Source: Neodothiora populina (taxonomy: Eukaryota). Taken from it: a stretch of DNA of 64,000 nt. Position 1 is the stretch's first letter, and each line of letters opens with the position of its first letter. The translations under genes and the position numbers were made by a program. The stretch covers positions 1,860,001 through 1,924,000 of the forward strand of contig NW_027191413.1 of the NCBI RefSeq assembly GCF_041146345.1. The letters are read 5' to 3'. Shown in pieces: positions 1-11,349 of the stretch. A model generated the notes under the pieces. It was not told the origin of the DNA. It searched no databases and saw nothing but the letters and a program-made list of their open reading frames with translations.

Positions 1-1549
1 GTGGAAGTTTCGCAGCGGACTGGAACGATGGTCTGGCTTGATAGAGGCAAAGTGAGGAGATCTAATGATCTTGGAGCGACCTTGCTCGTAAGAAACACAC
101 CAGGATGAGAAGTCCCGAGACAGAATTTACGACGGAAGGCATGTATATTATCTAAAGCAAGCACCATTGGACAGAAGGATATGGGGTTATAAGTCCTGGT
201 GAAAGCAAGCCTCCAACGACACGAGGAAGAAAATCAACATCTCTCTCACGTCAGACCATGTCCTCCCACCGTGTTCAACACTTTAAGTAGCGTCAATCAA
301 GACACATGCACGCCCATATTCGTGGATATTCGTAGCAAGCAAGTAAACGCCAATATGTGAATTCCCTGGTAAGGTAGCCTGGTCTTGTAGACGATCATGC
401 AGCCACATCCGAATCAAGGTCTATGAGTCGAACAGAAAAGAGCCGGGGAGGCGTGGACGTCCATGATACCTTAACGATAACGCCCTAATTACCACACATA
501 TATTATACACGCAGACAGGCAAACCAATATATGCACGATGCCAATGCAATATGTGCATTGCATGGATAAAGCAGGGTATATATCGACCAAAAATGCGATT
601 TACTGGTCTGCTCGGTGCGTGCACAATCTACAGGGCAGAAGGAAAAGTGGGAAGGGGAGTTAATATATGTCAGACGACTGATAGATAGTACGGCTGCTAT
701 CCCGAAATGCTGTACATATAGTAGATATATACATACATACACACAGAACATCGAAGTCCTTGTTTATATATCATTCCATCTAGCGGTCGACAAACTAGTG
801 CGTAGCAGCATAAGTGACAGAGAAGGAAATGTCTAGCTTGAGAGGACGAGGAGCAATGAAGAGCTGAGCTGCATGTTCAGAGAGGCGGACAGCGTCAATG
901 AGGAGCTAGCTGTATGCGTGCAGACATATATACATGTACATTAAAGCTCTAGGCAGCCAACTAGCCAGCCCGAAATTTGCTCGTTTCTTCTTCTACAGTG
1001 GGAGAAAGCGATGATGGATTGATGAGTGTTTTCGAGCAGAAAGACTTATATGCAGTAGGTGATCTGTAGTCTGGTGTGAGGTAAATAATCAATTAATTGA
1101 AATGACGTGTAGAGAAGAATCGAGGATGATTTTTTTTTGGTTCTTCGTCTGTTTGCTTGTGTGCTCTTCGCTTTACCTTACACTGCCTACTCTACTCGCA
1201 TTGCCTGGGCGACGGGTGTGCAGTGGGGTTTTCTGTGTGCTGCTTAGGTGTCGAGGGGTCCTGTTCTCGCCTGCTGTTGTTGTGAGGATAGGATGGCATG
1301 TGTGCGTGGATCTGGGTGCATGTGCGTGTGTTTCTTCACTTGCACTCACGCTGTCTCTCTCTTCACTCTTCCTTACTTTGATACACTCTTGCTTTGCTTG
1401 TTCTCCCTTTCTCTGTCTCTCGCGCGTCCTCTGCATATTTACTGATAACGGAGTCTTATAACAAAACCTCTACTTCGACTCGACAATATCAAAGACGCGT
1501 GAGTTCACATAACCAAGAAACTTCTCTTCCTGCCTACAACAAAGCAAAG

Positions 1550-2212
1550 ATGCCCGTAAAGTGGGATTCAGACAAGGACAAGTTCATCCTGAACTGTCTC
1601 CTGACCGACCCTACCATCACCGTCGGCAATGGCGTTATTGACTCGATCATCACTTCATGGCGTGAGTATAATGTCCCCTGACCATGACCATACCATGAAC
1701 TTGGCGTTCCTGCGAGCGTGGAATGCCTGTCGAGTTCAACCAAAGGCAAACCAAGTGAATCAATGGACTGACCCAGAATTTCTCCCACAGCATCCGACTT
1801 CGGCGACGTGCCAACCAAAAAAGCCGTCTCGGAGCACTTCTTGAAGATCCGCAAGCAGAACAAGAAATTCACCGACGGAAACGGAACCATTACCCCTTCC
1901 GGAACACCGACCAAAGTGACCAAGGTCCGCAACACGCCATCGAAGAAGGCCGCCAACGCCACTCCTTCGAAGAAAGCAAATGGAGTCAAGACCCCGACCT
2001 CGAAGCGCAAGCGTAATGTCGATCTTGAGGACTCTGATGGAGACGACAGTGAGCAGACTATCGCGCTCAGGGCTGAGTTGGGTATTTTGGACGGTGGATC
2101 GGTTCAGGCGTCTCCCACTAAGCGCTCTAGAGCGTCTGTTAAGTATGAGGAGACGGACGACGATGGCGCTTACAACAGTGGCTCGGACTTTCATGTCGAG
2201 AGTGATGCCTGA
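1550..2212 (+). CDS. Small fungal nuclear protein: N-terminal helical (Myb/SANT-like) motif, then a Lys/Thr/Pro-rich basic region and an acidic tail; 2 exons
   Basis: ATG at 1550 (MPVKWDSDKDKFIL...ITSW). Intron 1662..1790 (GTGAGT...CTGAC...CAG) joins in frame to PSDFGDVPTKKAVSEHFLKIRK and the ORF ending at 2212. The family resemblance is from memory. Confidence 0.7.
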
Positions 2213-2548
2213 GCATGCTCGTGACTTAACAATGCCATAAGGAGGGCTCCTGGCTTGGCAGGGTAGTCGTCGAAGGTTGGGAACGCATCAAGCGCAAGAC
2301 TGCTGGATGGGCTCTTCGGCCCTCCCAGAGCTCACCCCTCAAGCTAGATTTGCAAAATAGAAACAGAAACAAGCAGTGAACTTTCACATATGGCTTTCGA
2401 GGGGACGGAAATGAAATTTGTACCTTTGTCATTATTTCATACTTACAAATGCCTTGACATGTCGACACTTGCGCCAGCCTGACTCCAAATGTAAACCCAA
2501 CAGAGAACGCCAACCACTGGCCCGAAACACCTCTCTCTTTCGATGCGC

Positions 2549-3382
2549 TCATAGACCGCCCACAGTGTTGATGTCTGCCCAGTCCTCGCCGAAGCAATCG
2601 GCGTTCTCCAACAATCGACCTCCCTCCTCCTGTTTCCTTCCCTCGAGCACAATGCTAATCATCTTCTTAGCAGCCAGCGCATCAGAGATGACGACGCGCA
2701 TACTCTCCTGCATGATGTTGTATACTGACTGACCACCCGGCAGGATCTGGCCGAACCTCAAAGCGTAGGCCTCAAAGGTGCCCGGGTCTCTGCTGTCAGC
2801 GTACTCGAACAGGCCCTTTTCGGCGGCGCCCTTGGCCTTCCTCGTCTGGGCCTGCGACCACAACGAGGCAAACTGGTTCTGCTCGGCTCCGACCATTGAT
2901 GCGTAGACGAAGCGGAAAGCATTGCCTCGGCTGTTCTTGGGCATGCTCTGCAGCTCAGAGGCGGTGGGCGCCACGTGGACGGCGAAGGCCTCGGCAGCAG
3001 CCTGTGGAAGGGCAATGTTTACGCGCTGGGCGGTCTCAAGATCCTTGAAGCTTCCAACTGGGCCTCCAATGCACCTATAACAATCAGTCAATTAACCGCA
3101 CCTTCTTACTGTACTGTCCACCACTGCAGGTGAGCAGACAACAACCTACCAGATGCAGCCTCTGACCCCCTCTTGCTTGAACAGCTCAAGCAGATGCTGA
3201 GGCCATTGCTCAAAGTCCTCGAGCACTATCTCTGTGCATTTCGGGTCTTGTGCGAGTTTTCGATCTTCTAGCGGTTTGCGGACGACGGCATATACGTGCT
3301 GGACGTAGCTGCTCTTAGCGATGCATTGACGAAGCACCTCTGAACCCAAAAAGCCCGTGGCTCCAGCGAGGATGATCTTCAT
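2549..3382 (-). CDS. NAD(P)-binding Rossmann-fold protein (atypical SDR / epimerase-like); 2 exons
   Basis: N-terminus MKIILAGATGFLGSEVL carries the GxxGxxG motif. Intron 3149..3075 (GTAGGT...TAG) restores GCIW-CIGG and joins the ORF ending at 2549. Confidence 0.8.
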
Positions 3383-4223
3383 GTTTGGATTTTATTATTC
3401 AATCCTCTAGATGGAATGAGAATGGTATCGAGTCGTCTGTTCAACAGATAAGAAAGGCTAGGAAATAATGGTGGAGGAAACAAGTCATACAGCAAGAAGG
3501 GACGACTTGCGGAGGAGGGGAAACAACTCGATTCACTGCACTGAACTGCACACTGTACTTGTATAAAACTTACACGGACGCGGGCGGATAGCGGGTTGCA
3601 TAAAACTGGAAAGCCATCAATTGAGCCTCTCCGTGCCAAGTCGGCTTCTGTGCACCGTGGCGAACCGGGAGGGGTCCAAATCGGCTCTGATCCGATCCCC
3701 CACCCGTCATTCCCGTTCACCGTACAAGTACGGATGAACTCGAGGTCGATGGATGGCACTCAGCTGGTAGAAGTGTTGTTGGTTCCTTGTATGGCATCTC
3801 CGCTGTGTGACGTCTGTTGTATTCCGATCTTATCTCCGCGACTCAACAGCACAGCGGCGGGCGGCTCTTTGACATTGGGAGGGTTTAACTCTACCGTATG
3901 CATTAAGGTACAGCAGCGCACGTGGTTTGGTGAACCTCAACCCGCCAAAGGAATGGAGTTAAATTCATAAGTAAACCAGGATTGATCCAGAAGCATGAAG
4001 ACTTGTTCTTTCTTTCTGAAAATGAGGTAATAATATTGCGCTTCGATTATAGTGTACGGGGTATCATATCAAGTCACCCTGTCATCTTCACTACGAAGCA
4101 TCCAACAGCACGGCAAAACAAAATCCAGCCAATCCCAAACGCCTTCTTGCTGTGCTCAAAGGTGGCTGCATCACTCAGCCAGTCCTAAGGGTATATGTGA
4201 TGCTCGCCATGATGCGGTCTCAT

Positions 4224-4656
4224 CTAATTGGTGCTGACCTGGTCGCGCCAGTTCATTGCCGAGTTGTGTCCACCGAAGCCTCCGGACCTGCGGAGACGTA
4301 GTGTGGGATCTTCTCTGGCAGGCCTGATAAATGACCAGACGCCGTAACTGAGGGAGCAGCCCATGATGAAGACTGCACTGCGAATCAGCTATGCTCCTTG
4401 TATTCAACCGAGTGCTTGGGAAAACTTACACAATGGGTAAATCTCAACGGGGAGTGAGGTTGCCCACTTTTTGATACTTCCACCATGTGCGGCATGTTCC
4501 TCACTGGTCTATCTAGCATCAGTAAAAGAGTTTGATCAGAGATGTAGGCAGATATGCACTCACCGCTAAAGAACTAGCCATCCTTCTGCTAGTAGTTTGG
4601 CGTAGCCATTGAGCGGCCGGCCTTGACGTTCTCGAGAGAATCTTAGAGGAAAGCAT
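4224..4656 (-). CDS. Small mitochondrial single-TM protein, NDUFA4/MLRQ (B12D)-like, about 106 aa; 3 exons
   Basis: Exons 4656-4564, 4508-4430 and 4372-4224, with GTGAGT/GTAAGT donors and CTGAT branch points. Product: Arg/Ser-rich presequence, then ...SLPVEIYPLFFIMGCSLSYGVWSFIRPAREDPTLRLRR..., matching the P-E-x-Y-P-L / TM / D-P-x-L-R pattern of this family. Confidence 0.65.
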
Positions 4657-5663
4657 TGCCAATGAGTAGTTTGCAATAATGAATGCTGTAATATAGATAT
4701 AGATATATGTACAAAGACGCGAAGTGGGTTTGTTTGAGGTGTTGTTCGATTCACTGTATTCACTTGATGTTGTTTTGATAGATGAGAGTGAAATTAGACC
4801 TCTTACCATCGCCCTTACCTTTGGTTTATATGCACGTCGACCCAGCTGAGATGCCCGACGTCTACCGAATATTCGTCGCGTGGACGTTCAGGATTATCTC
4901 GCATGGTGTAGGACTGGTGATGTCTGACCGGAAACGGTAAAGGTTGTCTCGAAGAGGCTGCGAAATTTAGGTGATGGTCTGCCGACACCACGCCACGCCA
5001 GTACCCACGCCACAGCCGGGGACGCGGATTTGCCCTTAACAACTTGCTTTTCCACCAATGCGATTCCTATCATTTCCCTGCTATTCGGGGTACGGTGCCT
5101 GGACCGACCGTTATTTGATTACTCGGGGTGGTCGATCGCCATTGATGAGCATACAATTGCCTTGTATCGATGCCGTGGTAAGCAGGTAGACCCAAAGATA
5201 GTGGAAGATGATCACCACAATTAAGCCATCAGTCACCAGTCAGCTTGGAGGATCAATGATTCCTCCTATTGACACCAGTATCCTGATAACACAAGTGAAA
5301 AGACTCAACATGATGTTGATGTCGCTCGGGATCAATCCGTTGCTTAGATGGTTTGTCAGGCGATGTGAGGGGTGGATGTTGATCATGGTCGGGGGAGTGC
5401 GGGATGGTGGAGAAGAAGTGGGTCGGGAGTCGCCGACGACAGGATATCCTACATCACCAATCACTATGTTTAGTTAAGCAGGGAAGCATGGTTTGGGATG
5501 ATGCCCCTGCCTCTCATGATGCACAATCAAAATCTACGTCAATTATATAGGAATACTGATGATCATTGTACCGTCGCAGGTGCCGGCATACCCTTCTCCT
5601 CTGCTATTGTTTTCAAACATGAAGACCGACTTTCGGCCATTCATGGATGTGAGCCTCTATCAA

Positions 5664-7936
5664 TCACAATCCAATCTCCTTCCTAAACACATCAAGAGTA
5701 GGCTCTCTCCCAAGAAACTCCTTCAAGGTTTTCTTTTCATCCTGGCTAGCGCCTTTCTCCAGTACCATGTGTCGGTATCGACGACCTACATCAACATTCA
5801 TCGGATCTGGTTGAAACGCTGATTGAAAGAGGTCTGCCGAGAAGACTTCAGAGCTACAATTGGTTGCGAGATCAGTATACCTTCGCGCTGTTCCATCGCA
5901 CAGCGACTTACTATTTGTACCCATAGTATCCAGCCTCGTTACCCCATATGAAATGCGATGTTCTGACATGGCCAAATCCCCAAGAGTATCCTGCACCAAG
6001 AGCTTCTGGCCCAGGCACCAGCCCCAGCTCGGCATGCTTTTGATTATAGACCACGGACGGATCTACAGCTGCAGTCTTAGAAGCGCTGTCCTGGCCGTAA
6101 ATCTCGAGATCAAACTTCGCCAGTGCAATCTGCCGCATATGCTCCAGTGGAGCCGTCACATCTTTCGCGTGGACAAGACTTTCTGCCATGTCTTTGGGAA
6201 GATGCATCGGTGGTAGCTGTCCCTGCGCTTCTGGGTTCTCGTGCACCCATGCCTGACTATAATCAGCTGAGAGGTGTGAATAGTGGCAAGAGATTTTCTG
6301 TAAGATGCTCGGTATCCAACACCAGTGCTCAAGCATTTGCGAGGGCATTTCTACAAAATCTCGTGCTACCTGGTGGCCATGGAAACGAGAGTATTGTGTT
6401 CGAGACAACAAATCATGCATGCCTGCTCTCGTCAAAAGTGTCTTGTGTTTAGAGTGCGTGTGACAGTCTTACCATGGCCCAGTTCATGGAAGAGCGTAAT
6501 CAGCTGCCTATGTTGCAGCAGGCTTGGCTTTGTTGCAGATGGATAATTTAGATTGCAAATGAGAGCTGTAGAGACATGGTGTCTCCTACCATTTCTGTCT
6601 GTGAAACCCTGGTGAAGCCAGTAAGTCATAGCAATTCCGCGCCTAGTGAGCTCCAACGCACAGGATTGATGTTGAAATTGGCATTATGTCCATATTTCCC
6701 CTGTCGTGGGTAGATATCAGTATAGAGGTAACCATTGAAGGCGCCGCCCTCTGCCTCGTTGTCCCAAACACTGAACAGCCGAACATCCGGATGCCATGTG
6801 AGCTTCGAGTGTGTCTCCGAGCTCACTTCCACAATGACGAGACCGAAGAGTTGTTCGAATATCTCGAGCATGCCTTCTATCACTTTTTGAGCTGGAAAGT
6901 ATGTTGATCCTCTTTCCATGTCAATCTGATGCTGTTGCTTTACCAATTGCTCATTGTAGTAGCTCACGTCCCAGACATAGAGGTTGACAGGTGTGGACTT
7001 CATTTCGTCACGCTTCAACTGCTGCAAGGCACGCATGTGCTCAATAGCAGCTGGTCTTAACCCCTCATGAAGATCATCAAGGAAACTCTCGACGCTTGAC
7101 TGCGATTCCGCCATCCGATCTTGAAGTGCATACTCCACGAAATTGCGGTGGCCGAATAATCTTGCCATCTCGTCACGTAAGATAAGGCAGTCATTGAAGA
7201 TTGCGACGTTTGCTGCCGCAATGGTCTGATCACCGATGAATACTCGTCTTCGCGTATCTTCTGAGCGAGCATATTTCAGAAGAGCAGTAACATCAGGTTT
7301 GTTGAAAGTGAGACGTCTCAGCAGTCCATCCGAGCTAAGCTGTAAACCATCCACCACAGACTGAGGGACTCCAGCCAGGTCCTCCTGATTGAACCAGAGT
7401 TCATCGTCTTTCTCGCCGAGATTCCTCATGAAATTTTGAATGCATTCTTGGATCGTACTCTTGATCGAAATGAGCTTCTTCCTCTCGTGACCAGGTGCGA
7501 GTCCGAGACCTCCATCAAGGAAGCTCCGGTGCGTCTTTTCGAGATATCGTTGAGATTCAGGATCCAGGGATGGTGCTTGCTGGACCACACACTGAACTAA
7601 GAGGAAAAGGTCTTCTCGAGCATAGAAGTCGGTCCAGTACATATCGAAGAGCTTCGAGGCATCAGAGGCTGCTTGACGTATCTTCAGATCCGGAGAAACT
7701 CCATTGAGTAGTGCTACGTACTGAGCCACCGAATCGCGCTCTCCTTCGATATAGGCTAGCTGTAGAAGGACATTGTCAAAGGTAGCCGCTTCTCTTGTGA
7801 TAGACGAGCATATCCCGTCGATTTGTTCTTGGCACGAGATGATCGTGACTTTAGCCAGCTCGACAATCTCCTCCGGACTTCGATCGTAGGTCAAAGGCGG
7901 CTGAGGGGGCTTCAGGCAAGACGATTGTAGCAACAT
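5664..7936 (-). CDS. Peptidase M3 metallo-oligopeptidase (thimet oligopeptidase / saccharolysin-like); 4 exons
   Basis: Spliced zinc motif LFHELGHGMH, plus DFVEMPSQMLEHW, YLYTDIYPRQGKYGH and AGYYGYKYSEVFSADLF; C-terminus FLGREP. Confidence 0.92.
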
Positions 7937-8599
7937 TATTTCCAGCTGGTGGTTGAGCTACTCGTACATATGAACAAGCATGAGTTTACACCTCGCGTGC
8001 AACATGTTACATTTTTATAATATTGCCGGCATGCGTGATGCCATTCGACCTGCACTTGCAATTAATCACATGCATACAGGTATGCATTTGTGCATCAAAG
8101 TGGGTATGAGGGGCTAATCATGATAGGTCATGTGCCATAGGAATGGTATCCACCGCAGTCGCTTATGGGAAAGTTGTAGTGCCATGGTCCCTGGTCCTAG
8201 ATGAATCCATCGGGGCCATATTAGTGGCAGATGGATAGAGATAAGGACATGTCGTCGGACGTTTCATGTCTGATATCTTCTCAGGCAGTCGATGGACGTT
8301 GCAGTGGACCTTCCTCATGCAGCTTTTGACAGCACAGACTACAAACCCACTCAAATCCAGTCGGCTTACAGAGAAGCGTGAAGTCTTGATGGTTTGTACA
8401 AGAGCCCGAGTTCTATCGGGTCCTAAAAGTAGGATGCATAGCATCGTCTATCTACAATTATGTCTACAAAGCATTGTAACTAGTAGTACTCGAACGTCTA
8501 GGTTCGTAGAATAAGAAGTGAACAGGTGACGTCACTGTGTAAAACGCCTTAGTAAAATAACCCAACCTCGCCCTGGCCATGCATTCTATGATGACTCGC

Positions 8600-10006
8600 T
8601 TAGGCATGCGATACCAGATCCAAGCAGCCATCGACAATTCCTTCAAGTTCTTTCACCCTGTTCTCTAGACGGTTCTTCTCCTCCTTCATATATGTCCAGA
8701 CTCGGACATCCACGTTACAAGATGTACCTTGAATGCTACTACCTCTCGAGGCAGGTCGTAGCGTGGGTTGGGCTGGTAGATCCCAGCGTTTCGGTTCGAA
8801 AACCGGACTCATGGGTCTAGAAGCGATGGACTCGGCAGTGGTGTCAGTCTCAGTGTCTTGGTAGTAGTCGCTTTCGAAGCCACTATCTGAAGCAATGGAA
8901 GACATCGTACTGGCACTGCCAGCGCTGTCACGGTAGGGTCTTCGTTTCGGGGTAAGATGAGTGGAAGAGGCATCGCTCTCTTCTGCTCGTCGTTGTTTCT
9001 CGGAAGCCAGTTCCTGAGAAATGATCTCGCACGATTTTCTCTGCTCATTTGCCTTTTTACCCATTTCATCTAGCTGTAGCTTCAGATGGCGGGCCCTTGT
9101 GTCAGCTTCCTCTGCCTCCTCTGCAGACGCCTCTCGCTCCTGTCTCGCCGTCTTTAATTCTTGCTCTTGCTGCCTGTAGGCAGTCTGCAATCTTGTGATC
9201 AAAGTCTCGGCGTTTCTCAGGAGATTGGCGAAAGAGGCGGGGTCTTCAGGGTCGAGAGCGCCGTGGGGAAAGAGAAGGGTCGTTGCGGGTGACATTAGAT
9301 CGGGATCTGCCGAGGACTGATCTTGTGTAGGTGCTGTGTCTCGTGGCTGTTGTTGCTTGAGTCCTCCGAACCAACTGAACTTCTTCGGTTGACTCGGTGG
9401 TGGTGGTTGAGGTTTGTTTTCGGTGTGGTTTGAGATCCGCGAAGGTCTGTCGCCACCTGTCAAAGCAGGCTTGTATTCCATGATGGGGTTGTAGTACTCT
9501 CGATCCTCGTCTTCAACGTCTTCGTCGAGGCGGTCGATGGACAATCTCCCGGTAGAATTGCTACTGAACAAGGGAGTGAATGGACGGCCCTTTCGGGTGC
9601 TGTCTCCTTCGATGGCTGAAGGACTGAGAGATGGAACGAAACTGGCCAGGGACTTGGCTCTTTGGTGGAAAGACTTTGTTCGTGCAAGGCCGGCGGCAGC
9701 TGGTGGACCTCTGGCACCTCCAGAGATGGCGTTGAGTAATTTGCTTCCAAAGCTTTCGATCTGACGGGTCGAGTTGCTTCTGGACAGCGATGATAAGACT
9801 GTGGTACTGCTAGGGGTGATTTTATTGTCGTATGCTGTGACTTCAGAAAATGCTTTCGAATAATTATTATAATCGGTAGCGTGATAGTCGACGGTGTGAA
9901 CTCGAGAATGAGAAGGCTGGCGCAGAGAAGAGCTGCGAGACGGTAAAGACAAGGCTGTTTCGGCAGATTTGCTCATCGTGCGTCCACTTTCACCCTCCGG
10001 AAGCAT
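8600..10006 (-). CDS. Uncharacterised fungal protein, Ser-rich disordered N-terminus with coiled-coil regions (468 aa)
   Basis: Single 468-codon ORF with heptad-like segments (NAETLITRLQTAYRQ...LKLQLDEM; EEKNRLENRVKELEGIVDGCLDLV). Confidence 0.75.
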   Translation of the reverse strand: MLPEGESGRTMSKSAETALSLPSRSSSLRQPSHSRVHTVDYHATDYNNYSKAFSEVTAYDNKITPSSTTVLSSLSRSNSTRQIESFGSKLLNAISGGARGPPAAAGLARTKSFHQRAKSLASFVPSLSPSAIEGDSTRKGRPFTPLFSSNSTGRLSIDRLDEDVEDEDREYYNPIMEYKPALTGGDRPSRISNHTENKPQPPPPSQPKKFSWFGGLKQQQPRDTAPTQDQSSADPDLMSPATTLLFPHGALDPEDPASFANLLRNAETLITRLQTAYRQQEQELKTARQEREASAEEAEEADTRARHLKLQLDEMGKKANEQRKSCEIISQELASEKQRRAEESDASSTHLTPKRRPYRDSAGSASTMSSIASDSGFESDYYQDTETDTTAESIASRPMSPVFEPKRWDLPAQPTLRPASRGSSIQGTSCNVDVRVWTYMKEEKNRLENRVKELEGIVDGCLDLVSHA

Positions 10007-10192
10007 GTGATGTGTACCTTTTACGCCCCGACTTTATGTCAAGTCACGCGGTACTACACCGAAGCTGTGCACAACACAACCAAGACTTTGATAGCGCAAG
10101 AGTGCGTTTTGGATCTGTTTCGGACCTGTGTCTCTGCAGCGCAGATATGTCCACTGCAATCTGAGGCGTCCAGTCGACTCTGTTCTGTACAG

Positions 10193-10193
<1 letters not shown>

Positions 10194-10223
<30 letters not shown>
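10194..10223. repeat. (AAC)10 microsatellite
   Basis: Direct reading; lies upstream of the 10006 gene. Confidence 0.95.
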
Positions 10224-11349
10224 CCCGCTCTTCGTTGTTGAGAGGGTCGAGCAAGATATCCCGGGATGCAGATATAGACTTCGTCCCCAGGTCCGGACCG
10301 TCGAGAGAATCCCTCGAAAGTTTGGTAGAGGTACGGGAACCTTAGTTTTTGGTTGATGTGCAAGGTGCTGTATGTTCAGGATTCGATGCCACGACGAACA
10401 CTTGTCTTACTGTAGTTTCGGATGTTTGACGGAAGTTGAGGAATCTCAGGGGGATCTTTCACAAAGTAAAGTGCTGCATAATAAGCGAAGTTTCATTCCG
10501 TATTCCTTGTCTATCTTTTAATGACTGACGTCGATCGCTAAAATTGAGTGGCACTCAAAACGCGTGGCTGAGCAGCATATCGAGAAGAGGCTGGGGAAAC
10601 CGGTTGCCGTTGTGGTGCCCATATAAACGGCCGTCCCGACCGACCCGCGCCTAGGGCACCTTACTTGTACACCTTACCTTACCCACCTTGGGCTGGTTCG
10701 CCTCGGTTTGCCTCAATGCGACCGCGGCTAGGCTGGCTACAAGTGGTCGGTGGTAACGTGCCAACCCATCGACTGTGACTCGAGACGCCTACCAAAATAG
10801 CCCCGCTCGTCGCGAGGTTCGAATGCCACGTGCTGGAAGCTGCAACGTCCGTCCGTACTCCGTTCTCACTTGTACACGGACGCGCCTTCGCCTCCGCATC
10901 TTATTGAGTCTAGCCTGCCTAGAGGTACAGTATGGGAACTTCTCAGCGTAGGTTTCGTGCTACTCAGTACTCAGCGGCGACCTGACGACTTCGTTTCGAT
11001 TTTGCGCGTCAAACATGTCTCTTGGCCTGACACCACTTGGATACGTAAGAACTATAGTCATGGGAGCATTGGAGTAGAGACATACTGGCGGTCAGCGTCC
11101 CAACAGTGCAACATTGACGCGACCATAAGCTCGGATCCTGGTAAACATATACTGTATGCTGCTCTCTAAGCAAAGGCATTGATCACCAGACGAACGATGA
11201 TCCAGTTGCCTCCTCCGACTGCCAAAAACTGTTGACGCTCAGGTCTATTTGCATAAACATGCCGACGCTTCTCCAAAGTTCGTGTGCGCCAAGGTAAACA
11301 ATAATGCACCACGGCAATACATCGACCTCCGGTGCCTTTTTTCCCTCAG

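Noticed and set aside
1102..1461. 119-aa hydrophobic, Cys-rich ORF
   Set aside because: Translation of GT/CT-rich low-complexity leader sequence upstream of the 1550 gene.
10811..10830. GGTTCGAAT, tRNA T-loop/B-box-like
   Set aside because: The flanks do not pair into a T-stem and no cloverleaf can be built.
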